The notes under the pieces were generated by a model. That model saw only the letters and a program-made list of their open reading frames with translations. It was not told the DNA's origin and did no database searches. Source: Chiloscyllium plagiosum (taxonomy: Eukaryota). Taken from it: 20,000 nt of DNA. A program made the translations under genes and the position numbers. The stretch is taken from NCBI RefSeq assembly GCF_004010195.1, contig NC_057719.1, positions 89,153,616 to 89,173,615 on the forward strand, read 5' to 3'. This document shows positions 9,030 through 18,059 of this stretch, piece by piece (within the stretch, counting starts at the first letter, position 1; every line of letters starts with the position of its first letter).

Positions 9030-10165
9030 GAGGTGTACTTGGAAGAGCAGGGATTTATCATGAACAGACAGCACGGTTTTGTCAAAGGGGAGTCATGTCT
9101 AATCAAATTGATTCAATTTTTCGAAGAGATAATTTGGTATGTAGACAACAGAAATGCATTTGATGTAGTCTACTTGAACCTCAGCAAAGCTTTTCATTAG
9201 ATCCTGCATGAGACACTGATAGTGAAGGAAAGAGTCCATGGGATGCAAGGAAATTTGGTAGATTAAATCCAGAATGCCAGCATGGCAGGATGTGGAGGGT
9301 GACGATCGAGGGGTGTATTTGTGACTTAATGCCTGTGCACATTAAAGTTCTGCAGGGATCAGTATTGAAGCTCTTGCTATGGAAGGCATAAAGGAACAAT
9401 TTAAAATTGAATATAACAGGGTTGATACATGATGAAGAAATTGGGGAGTGGAAAATAATGAGGAGCGTAGCCTTAAATTATTTAGGGGTATAAATCGGCT
9501 GGTCAGATGGGCTGATCAGTGACAATTAGTATTCAAAAATTCTGATAAATATGACGTGATGCTCTCAGGCAGAAGCAGCAAAGCAAGGATGAGCAGTAAG
9601 ACTGTGTGAATTACCAAGCACCTTGCTGTACATATCCACTGGGTAGCAAGTAAATCAAAGTGGTTCAAAAGGCATACTGGATACTTGCCTTTATTAGCTG
9701 AGGCATAGATTTTAAAACAGGGAGATTATGCTGGAATTGTAGGAAAAATTGTTCAGGCTGCAATGAGAGTTTGTGTGCAGTCCTGTAGTGCACATTAGAG
9801 AAGGGATATGATTGCACTAGAGAGACTGCAGAGGACATTTCTCAGCATGTTGCCTGGGCTGGAGAGGTTTAATTATGAAGAGAATTTGGACAGGTTGTTG
9901 TTGATTTCCTTGGAATAATTGGGAATATGGGATGGCGTTTTTACAGGGGGCAGGGTGGGAGGAGGTGTGGTCTAGGTAGCTGTGGGAGTCGGTCGGTTTA
10001 TAGTAAATGTCCGTGTCGATTCGGTCACCCGAAGTCATGATCTCCAGCATCTGCAGCCCTCACTTTTTCCTTGGAATACAGGAAATTGAGGAATTAGATG
10101 ATTGTGATGGATAAAATTATGAAGGGCACAAAGAGGGTGAACAGGAAGAAACGTTTCCCCTTTTC
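9030..10165 (+). mobile_element. Degraded CR1 LINE RT region
   Basis: QHGFVKGESCLIKLIQFFEEI...AFDVVYLNLSKAFH, LQGSVL and ALERLQR motifs with many stops; interrupted at 9918-10065. Confidence 0.88.
9918..10065. mobile_element. Penelope-like element insert with inverted structure
   Basis: Minus strand encodes GDRIDTDIYYKPTDSHSYLDHTSSHPAPCKNAIPYSQL (PLE RT C-terminal region). Plus strand 10039-10065 is the PLE terminus GATCTCCAGCATCTGCAGCCCTCACTT, also seen reverse-complemented at ~16245-16273. 13-bp TSD TTTCCTTGGAATA (9905-9917 / 10066-10078). Confidence 0.85.
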
Positions 10166-11068
10166 AGCTGTGGAATGGCACTGACAGATAAAACCCCACA
10201 CACGGTTCTTAAGTAAGGATTCCTCTGGCTCCTCACCAGAAATGAGTCAGGATACTAAAGCCAGCTTCCTCACAATCCACTCCCTGAGCCTGAAACCTTC
10301 AGTGGAGTTTACATCAGGACTGATCTCAGCTTCACTGTTAAGATCACTTCCCTTGTGGATAGTTCAGGTTGTGGATCTTTACTTATTCTGGCATTTAATA
10401 GACAGACACACACACACATCATATAAACAAGGGATTCTGGGAAACATGACAAATGTTCTTCTTTGTCTGGAGATCAAATATCTGTTATATAGATTTACCA
10501 CTAGTGACTAAGTTCCTGTATAATCCTCCATCTGCTATTTTATTACAGAGTTTAAACAATTGGTTTAAATTTAGAAGAATTAACACCTGCGTTAAAACAG
10601 TAAGGCTCAGGACTGTCAGAAAGACATATTACACCTTCACAGAATGATGAGTAGTATCAATGTCAGATCAGAAACTTATACCTCCCATTTCACTTTCAGT
10701 CAGGAACAGATTCCTGTTTGACCCCGATCTGATCTGACAGCTCATTTGCAGCATTTCCTGTTGTTCTCGATGACTCTAAACTCAGTTGTAAAGCAGCCTG
10801 CGTTCCAGGTCGAGGAGCTGTGAACCATGGAGGAGAGCGGTTGGGATACATTCCTTCCCCACCTCAGGATGAACCTAAAGAGGAACTTTACTGTTGGTGA
10901 AGAGAGATGGGAAAGATCCTGTTACCCTTCTCAACATTCCCCTGAAAGACTGTGTCCAAACTGACATTCTATTTGATGTCCTGCCTCCAGATTGTCCTTG
11001 CTGAGCTCCAGTCAGGCAGTGATCATATTTAGGGGAGGCGATGGCCTAGTGGTATTAACACTACACTG

Positions 11069-11782
11069 GGCCATTTAGGCCATCAGGTCTGCTCTGCCAT
11101 TCAGTCATGGCTGATAGGTTTCCAACTCCATTTTCCCACTTTCTCCCCATTGCGATCAAGAACTGGGTGGCACAGTGGTTAGCACTGCTGCCTCACAGCG
11201 CCAGAGACCCGGGTTCAATTCCCACCTCAGGCGACTGACTGTGTGGAGTTTGCACATTCTCCCCGTGTCTGCGTGGGTTTCCTCTGGGTGCTCCGGCTTC
11301 CTCCCACAGTCCAAAGATGTGCAGGTCAGGTGAATTCGCCATACTAAATTGCCTGTAGTGTTAGGTGAAGGGGTAAGTGTAGGGGTATGGGTGGGTTGCG
11401 CTTCGGCGGGTCGGTGTGGACTTGTTGGGCCGAAGGGCCTGCTTCCACACTGTAGGTAATCTAATCTAAACTTATCTATCTGCTTTAAATATACTCAATA
11501 ACCTGGCCTCCACATTCTGTGGCAATGAATTCCACAGATTCACCACGCTCTGATCAAGAAGTTTCTCCTTATCTCCATTCTAAAGCTTCTTCCCTTTACT
11601 CTAAGGATGTGCCCTCAGGTCCTCATCTCACCTACCACTGGAAACATCTTCCCAATGTCCACCTTGTCCTGGCTGTTCAAGTAATCCCTCAGTTTTAATT
11701 AGATTTCCCCCCCCCCCCCCCGCCCACATCCTCCTAAACTCCATCATGTTTAGTCCCAAAGCCCTCAAACGTTCCTCATATG
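11069..11782 (-). mobile_element. CR1 LINE 3' fragment, split by an HE1 SINE
   Basis: Reverse complement reads YEERLRALGL...QSVVNLWNSLPQNVEARLLSIFKA, followed by a 3'UTR hairpin; contains a poly-C expansion at ~11707-11721. Confidence 0.85.
11165..11469 (+). mobile_element. HE1-type V-SINE
   Basis: Near-identical to the other copies; (TAATC)n tail; AACT flanks both sides. Confidence 0.93.
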
Positions 11783-12352
11783 TGATTTTCTGGAGAAACA
11801 GGCTCCAATCTCACCACGACAGACAATGGAATTTGAATTCAATAAAAATCTGGAACTAAAAGTCTAATGATGACCACGAAACCACTGTCGATTACTAGGA
11901 AAAGCCCATTGATTTTCTAAAAGAAACTGCCATCCTTACCTAGTCTGGCCTACATGTGACTTCAGACAGGCAACGTGGTTGACTCTCCACTGGCCTGTGG
12001 GCAAATAGGGATGAGCAATGAACGCTGGCCTGACCAATTATGCTCACATCCTGTGAATAATTTTAAGAAAGAATCATCAACATTCAGGTGGAAAAGACAG
12101 AAAACAACAATGGTGTCCTTCATCCAAAGCTGATTAATTTGATATTTATCCAGAATACTAAACTCCAGCCCAGTTACAGCAATTATTAATACCAGCAGAA
12201 ACAACCAGCAACTGCCAGAATAAATATGGTGCTGCGTTGTAGGTAAGATGACCAAGTGAATCCACAGAGAACAGTTTTGAGTTTGTCACCAGTGTGATCG
12301 GGTTTGTGTTTCAGCAGATCCATTTTGTTTTTAAAATCTCCGCTCACATTTT

Positions 12353-12641
12353 CATAGAATCGCCCAACAAGTCCACACTGACGCTCCAAAGAATAACCCA
12401 CCCAGACCTACTCTACATTTACCCCTGACTAATGCACCTAACCTACACATCCCTGAACACTATGGGGCAATTTAGCATGGCCAATTCACCTAACCTACAC
12501 ACTTTTAGATTGTGGGAGGAAACTGGAGCACCTGGAGGAAACTCACGCAGATAAGGCGAGAAGGTGCAAACTCCACACAGACAGTCACCCGAGGCTGCGT
12601 CCCTGGCACTGTGAGGCAGCAGTGCTAACCACTGAGCCACC
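12353..12641 (-). mobile_element. HE1-type V-SINE of a different, more diverged subfamily; B box deleted
   Basis: Reverse complement GGTGGCTCAGTGGTTAGCACTGCTGCCTCACAGTGCCAGGGACG|CAGCCTCGGGTGACTGTCTGTGTGGAG; different 3' body and an ATTCTATG tail. Confidence 0.88.
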
Positions 12642-12829
12642 TTGTTGTCCCTTTGAAAGGCCTTTGAAACAGGTTTTTGTCAGGATGAACATGTTGCTGT
12701 CTGCTGAGATAGGAATGAGTGACTTGAATTTCCTTCCTCATTGAGAGCAAGTGAATGGGTTCTCCTCAGTGTGAGTGTGCTGGGGTCATTAAGTGTAAAT
12801 TCAGCAGTGTGCAACCACATCTGATGAAT

Positions 12830-12985
12830 GAAGTTAAAAATCACACAACACCAAGTGATAATCACCTGATGAAGGAGCGTCTCTCCAAAAGCTAGTGCTT
12901 CCAATTAAACCTGTTGGACTACAACCTGGTGCTGTGTGATTTTTAAACTTTGTACACCCCAGTCCAACATTGGCATCTCCAAATC
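12830..12985 (+). mobile_element. Non-autonomous Penelope-derived inverted-repeat element with hammerhead motif
   Basis: Arms AAGTTAAAAATCACACAACACCAAG / CTGGTGCTGTGTGATTTTTAAACTT; motif cacCTGATGAaggagcgtctctccAAAAGCTAgtg; 9-bp TSD CTGATGAAT (12821-12829 / 12986-12994). Confidence 0.8.
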
Positions 12986-13482
12986 CTGATGAATCCCACA
13001 CACAGAATGACCTCTCCCAGGTGTGAGCTCACTGATGCTCCTGCAGGTTCAACAATCACCTGAACCTCCTCCCAGTGAGAGTTGATGGAAGGAGTGGAAC
13101 CACACTGAGTGAGTGTGAATTTTACAATAAACATGCCAAAGGTGAAGTATTACACTCTCTCTCCAGTATTAACTTGCTGGTGACTATGGAGGCTGTATGG
13201 AGAAAAGTATAAAGTCACATCTCTGATGTGGCAAAAGTTTAGTGACAGTTTAATCTGGTGGCTAGTAAAAGGGAGACAGCTTGTTGGATCGCCTCAGCCA
13301 TAGAATCACCATGGGCTCCTCACATTTGTTGGAGATGAGGATGCAAAATACAGATGAAGGGAGTGCCGCTCAAAAGAACCTAATATGTCAGAGCTTTAGA
13401 AATATTCAGTGCACAGGTTTACACAACACTGATTGATTTGAATTTTATACAGAATACTAACATTTACAACTGAGCTGGAGTT

Positions 13483-15048
13483 GAACATAGAACATCGAAC
13501 AATATAGCATAGAACAGGCCCTTTGGCCCACGATGTTGTGCCGAACATTTGTCCTAGCTTAAGCACCTATCCATGTACCTATCCAATTGCCGCTTAAAGG
13601 TCGCCAATGATTCTGACTCTACCACTCCCACAGGCAGCGCATTCCATGCCCCCACCACTCTCTGGGTAAAGAACCTACCCCTGACATCCCCCCTAAAACT
13701 TCCACCCTTCACCTTAAATTTATGTCCCCTTGTAACATTCTGTTGTACTTGGGGAAAAAGTTTCTGACTGTCTACTCTATCTATTCCTCTGATCATCTTA
13801 TAAACCTCTATCAAGTCACCCCTCATCCTTCGCCGTTCCAATGAGAAAAGGCCTAGCACTCTCAACCAATCCTTGTACGACCTATTCTCTATTCCAGGCA
13901 ACATCCTGGTAAATCTTCTCTGCACTCTGCACCCTCTCCAAAGCTTCCACATCTTTCCTAAAGTGAGGCGACCAGAACTGCACACAGTACTCCAACTGTG
14001 GCCTAACCAAAGTCCTGTACAGCTGCAACATCACTTCACGACTCTTGAATTCAATCCCTCTGCTAATGAACGATAATACTCCATAGGCCTTCTTACAAAC
14101 TCTATCCACCTGAGTGGCAACCTTCAAAGACCTATGNNNNNNNNNNNNNNNNNNNNNNNNNNNNNNNNNNNNNNNNNNNNNNNNNNNNNNNNNNNNNNNN
14201 NNNNNNNNNNNNNNNNNNNNNNNNNNNNNNNNNNNNNNNNNNNNNNNNNNNNNNNNNNNNNNNNNNNNNNNNNNNNNNNNNNNNNNNNNNNNNNNNNNNN
14301 NNNNNNNNNNNNNNNNNNNNNNNNNNNNNNNNNNNNNNNNNNNNNNNNNNNNNNNNNNNNNNNNNNNNNNNNNNNNNNNNNNNNNNNNNNNNNNNNNNNN
14401 NNNNNNNNNNNNNNNNNNNNNNNNNNNNNNNNNNNNNNNNNNNNNNNNNNNNNNNNNNNNNNNNNNNNNNNNNNNNNNNNNNNNNNNNNNNNNNNNNNNN
14501 NNNNNNNNNNNNNNNNNNNNNNNNNNNNNNNNNNNNNNNNNNNNNNNNNNNNNNNNNNNNNNNNNNNNNNCCATAATCAAGCAGTGTTTTTCCAGATACT
14601 CATAAATCCTATCCCTCAGTACTTTGCCTCCCACCGAAGTAAGACTAACTGGCCTGTAATTCCCGGGGTTATCCCTATTCTCTTTTTTGAACAGGGGCAC
14701 AACATTCGCCACTCTCCAGTCCCCTGGTACCACCCCCATTGACAGTGAAGACGAAAAGATTATTGCCAATGGCTCTGCAATTTCCTCTCTTGCTTCCCAC
14801 ATAATCCTAGGATATATCCTGTCAGGCCCGGGGGACTTGTCTATCCTCAAGTTGTTTAAAATGCCCAACACATCTTCCTTCCTAACAAGTATCTCTTCTA
14901 GCTTACCAGTCCGCTTCACACTCTCCTCTTCAACAATACCGTCCCTCTCGTTTGTAAATACTGAAGAAAAGTACTCATTCAAGACTGCTCCTATCTCTTC
15001 CGACTCAATACACAGTCTCCCACTACTGTCCTTGATCGGACCTACCCT
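13483..15048 (-). mobile_element. Relatively young 5'-truncated CR1 LINE (ORF2 RT and 3'UTR)
   Basis: KSPGPDRIYPR, GDWRVANVVPLFKK, PGNYRPVSLTSV, LEYCVQFWSP, FFTQRVVGAWNALP; (TATGTTC)n-type tail. Frameshift from a 7-bp duplication TCTGCAC x2 at 13919-13932. Confidence 0.96.
14137..14570. other. Assembly gap (434 N)
   Basis: Seen directly; lies within the CR1 RT core. Confidence 1.
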
Positions 15049-15052
15049 GAGA

Positions 15053-15475
15053 ATGAGGTTGTAGCGTGGTAGGAATGTCACTGGACTAGTGATCCAGGTG
15101 TTACTGTTCAGGGGATACAGCCTCCCAAAGCAGTGTAGTAGGGGTGTTGCTGGTCCAGTGATCCTGTGTTAATTTTCAGGGGATACAGGATCAATCCCCA
15201 ACAATAGCTGGTGCAATTTAAATTCGATTCATAAAGTCTGGAATTGAAAGCTAGTCTCCGTAGTCATGCTACAAAACCACGATCGATTGATGGAACAACT
15301 GATCTGGTTCAGCAATGTCCTTAAGGGAAGGAAATCTGTCATCCTTACCTGATCTGGCCTACGTATGACTCCATACCCACAGTAATGCAGTGATTCCTTA
15401 CTACCCTCTGAAACAACCTTACAGGGCACTCTGTTGGACAAGTAATAAAACAGCTTCATCTAACAACACAAAATC
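15053..15475 (+). mobile_element. SacSINE1-like DeuSINE with duplicated head
   Basis: AATGTCACTGGACTAGTGATCCAG head; Deu core CTGGTTCAGCAATGTCCTTAAGGGAAGGAAATCTGTCATCCTTACCTGATCTGGCCTACGTATGACTCC. Confidence 0.8.
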
Positions 15476-15581
15476 TAAACCAGTTTTCTAAGGTCTGCAG
15501 AAACAGAACCTGATGAACGTGCTTCATTGTTGGATGTGACTAGCAGCAAAATCCAATCACTTCTGAGTGAGTGAATCCTTT

Positions 15582-15700
15582 CACATTGGGGAGAAGCCAT
15601 TCACCTGCTCAGAGTATGGGTAGGAACTCATTCATCTAAACTGCGGAGACACCAACAAGTGAACACCATTACAGTGGTGGGCCTTCAAATGAGTGTCTGA
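15582..15700 (+). pseudogene. Single decayed C2H2 finger fragment
   Basis: [13 protein letters not shown] then THSSKLRRHQQVNT. Confidence 0.7.
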
Positions 15701-15947
15701 TTTTGTTTCAAAAGACAGGATATGAAATATCTTGGACAGATGGGATCAAGGAAAACCCCAAAGCTTTTTATATGAATACAAAGAGTGAAAGGATTACCAA
15801 GGAAAGAATGGGACCTATTAGAAACTCAAGGGGCAACCAGCATGTGGAGCCAGTGGACATTTTAAATGAATATTGTTCATCTGCATCCACAGAGGAGAGG
15901 GACATTGCAGCTAGAGATTTCAATTGATATGCTGAGGTTCTGGAACA

Positions 15948-16156
15948 TGTTAAAATTTATATATAACACCAAGCTACAGTCTAAAAAGTTTAAGTGAAAT
16001 CACAAGCTTTCACAGCGCTGTTCCTTCATCAGATGAAGTGATGAAGGAGCAGTGCTCTGAAAGCGTGTGATTTCAAATAAACCTGTTAGGCTACAACCCA
16101 GTGTCATGTGACTTCTGACCTTGTCCACCCAATGCAACACTGGCAACTCCACATCA
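15948..16156. mobile_element. Palindromic Penelope-derived element with two opposed hammerhead motifs
   Basis: Imperfect arms of ~85 bp centred on ~16036 (GAAATCACAAGCTTTCACAGCGCTGTTCCTTCATCA / TGATGAAGGAGCAGTGCTCTGAAAGCGTGTGATTTC); related to 12830-12985. Confidence 0.8.
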
Positions 16157-16233
16157 AGCTTAATAAAGGACGTGGTATTTAATGTCTTCGCAGATAAAAG
16201 GGTTCGTAAACCCCCAGGGTCTGATGGGATGTA

Positions 16234-16492
16234 ATCTTTGAGGAGAAAGTGAGGTCTGCAGATGCTGGAGATCAGAGATGGAAATGTGTTGCTGGAAAAG
16301 CGCAGCAGGTCAGGCAGCATCTAGGGAACAGGAGAATCGACGTTTCGGGCATGGTCGGGAAGAAGATTGCAGGTTAGGGAGGCGGTGCTGAATTTGATGG
16401 ATTTGACTGCGACAGGCTGGGGGGAGGGGAAGTGAGGAAACTGGTGAAATCCGAGTTCATCCCTTGTGGTTGGAGGGTTCCTAGCCGGAAGA
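16234..16492 (-). mobile_element. Internally deleted Penelope-like element
   Basis: Reverse complement ends ...GCCCGAAACGTCGATTCTCCTG...GATGCTGCCTGACCTGCTGCGCTTTTCCAGCAACAC...CTCCAGCATCTGCAGACCTCACTTTCTCC; 12-bp TSD TGATGGGATGTA (16222-16233 / 16493-16504). Confidence 0.85.
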
Positions 16493-17067
16493 TGATGGGA
16501 TGTATCCCAGGCTGCAATAGGAGGCAAGGAGGAGACTGCCAGGGCTCTGGCAGGTAAATTTAATACTTTGGTGGCTACAAGTGAAGTGCCAAATGGCTGG
16601 ATGACAGCTAAAATGTTCAAGGGAAATAGGGATACGCCACATAATTATAAAGCAGATAGTCTAATGTCAGTGGTAGGGAAATTATTGGAAAAAATTGAGG
16701 GACAAGATTAATCAATATTTGGGCAGGAAAAGATTAATCAGAGATAATCAGCATGGATTTGTTAGAAGGAGATCTTGTTTGACTAACTAAATTGAGATTC
16801 TTGAAAAAGTGACTAAATATTTTAAATAGGGTTGTGCAGTTGATGTGGTTTACATGGACTTCAGAAATGCCTTTGACAAGATTCCATATGGAAGTGTGGT
16901 CCTATAAAGGTAGAACCGTATTGGATCCAAGACAAGTTGGCAAATTGGATCCAAAACTGGCTTACAAATAGTAGGCAAAGAGGGTGGAGGGTTTTTTTTG
17001 AAATTGAAAGCCAGTAATTTACCATGGGGACTGATGCTGGGATACTTGCTGTTTGCACGTATGTTAA

Positions 17068-17175
17068 TGATTGATTGACTGACTGAATGATTGATTGATT
17101 GGATTGGATTTGTTGTCACATGTACCCAAGTACAATGAAATTCTTTGTTTGCAAACAGTACAGGCATATCACAGT
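17068..17175 (-). mobile_element. Short LINE 3' tail (Rex1/Babar-like) ending in (AATC)n
   Basis: Reverse complement TTTCATTGTACTTGGGTACATGTGACAACAAATCCAATCCAATCAATCAATC; coincides with a large deletion in the host CR1. Family assigned from memory. Confidence 0.5.
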
Positions 17176-17404
17176 CTAGATTGAGGTCTACAAAATTATG
17201 ACAGGCATAGACAGAGTACATTCTGCAAATGTCTTCTCGTTGGAAGACAGGTCTAAGACCAGTGGGCAAGGTGGAAAGGTGCAAGTAGTTTCAAGCAGAC
17301 TGGAGAAAAACAACTTTACCCAGAGGGTGGTAGATATATGCAACATGCTGCCTGACAGAGTGGTGGAAACAGGTAATCTCACAATGTTTAAGAAGCATCT
17401 GAAT

Positions 17405-17719
17405 GGGCGGCACGGTGGCACAGTGGTTAGCACTGCTGCCTCACAGCGCCAGAGACCCGGGTTCAATTCCCGCCTCAGGCGACTGACTGTGTGGAGTTTG
17501 CACGTTCTCCCCGTGTCTGCGTGGGTTTCCTCCGGGTGCTCCGGTTTCCTCCCACAGTCCAAAGATGTGCAGGTCAGGTGAATTGGCCATGCTAAATTGC
17601 CCGTAGTGTTAGGTAAGGGGTAAATGTAGGGGTATGGGTGAGTTGCGCTTCGGCGGGGCGGTGTGGACTTGTTGGGCCGAAGAGCCTGTTTCCACACTGT
17701 AAGTAATCTAATCTAATCT
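17405..17719 (+). mobile_element. HE1-type V-SINE, full length, CpG-rich (young)
   Basis: Intact A and B boxes, V-domain and (TAATC)3 tail. Confidence 0.95.
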
Positions 17720-17850
17720 TAAAATGCCAGAGTATAATAGACAATGCAAGAAAATGGGATTAGTATAAAAAACAAAGAAAGTCAGGTGTTTGTTGGTCAG
17801 CATAGACATGGTAGGCTAAAGGGCCTTTTTCTATGCTGTATATCTCTGTG

Positions 17851-17930
17851 AAACCAAACTCATTCACTAACATCCTTCAGGGAGGGGATCTTGCCAGCTG
17901 GTCTGGGCCTTTACAAGACTCTGGTTTCTG
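17851..17930 (+). mobile_element. DeuSINE core fragment
   Basis: AAACCAAACTCATTCACTAACATCCTTCAGGGAGGGGATCTTGCC...TGGTCTGGGCCT resembles the Deu core at 15300-15370. Confidence 0.5.
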
Positions 17931-18059
17931 TGGCAGGACAAAGTGAGAGATGGAAGAGTCAGAATGGAAAAGGATTTTAAATATTTACAACTCACCCAGA
18001 ATGTTGATGGGATCCCCCAAACTTCTCTCTCCCAAATTATGAAGCTCCACCATCTGAAC

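Larger units (their letters stand above)
11032..12066 (+). mobile_element. SacSINE1-like DeuSINE, split by a CR1 fragment (halves 11032-11068 and 11783-12066)
   Basis: Head GGGGAGGCGATGGCCTAGTGGTATT; body GGAATTTGAATTCAATAAAAATCTGGAA...CATCCTTACCTAGTCTGGCCTACATGTGACT; tail GGGCAAATAGGGATGAGCAATGAACGCTGGCC. Confidence 0.75.
12124..13200 (-). pseudogene. Highly decayed C2H2 zinc-finger pseudogene (paralogue C)
   Basis: 12124-12205 resembles the intact gene's 3'UTR (CAAAGCTGATT.ATTTGA..TTTATC...CCAGCAGAAA.AA). Finger remnants HTEENPFTCSQ*GRKF (~12725-12773) and SLHSHQQVNTGER (~13155-13194). Confidence 0.7.
13396..15581 (-). pseudogene. Relic 3' end of another ZNF paralogue (D), split by CR1 and DeuSINE insertions
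   Basis: 13396-13482 and 15495-15581 align consecutively with 5532-5720 (TTAGAAATATT...CTGATT.ATTTGA..TT..; GCAGAAA.A.A.C..ATGAAC.TG.TTCA.T..TGGATGTGA.TA.CA.CAA). Confidence 0.6.
15712..17850 (+). mobile_element. Degraded CR1 LINE ORF2 hosting four later insertions
   Basis: IKENPKAFY...ILNEY, KPPGSDGMYPR, NQHGFVRRRSCLTN, VDVVYMDFRNAFDKIP, LIEVYKIM, FTQRVV; 3'UTR ends ~17850. Confidence 0.9.

Noticed and set aside
10169..10451. TG...CA-bounded segment, possibly another solo LTR
   Set aside because: No TSD and no clear polyA signal; cannot be supported from sequence alone.
14114..14742. Long ORFs spanning the N run
   Set aside because: Artefacts of the assembly gap.
17405..17480. tRNA gene-like A/B boxes
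   Set aside because: tRNA-derived SINE head running straight into the V-domain; not a standalone tRNA.
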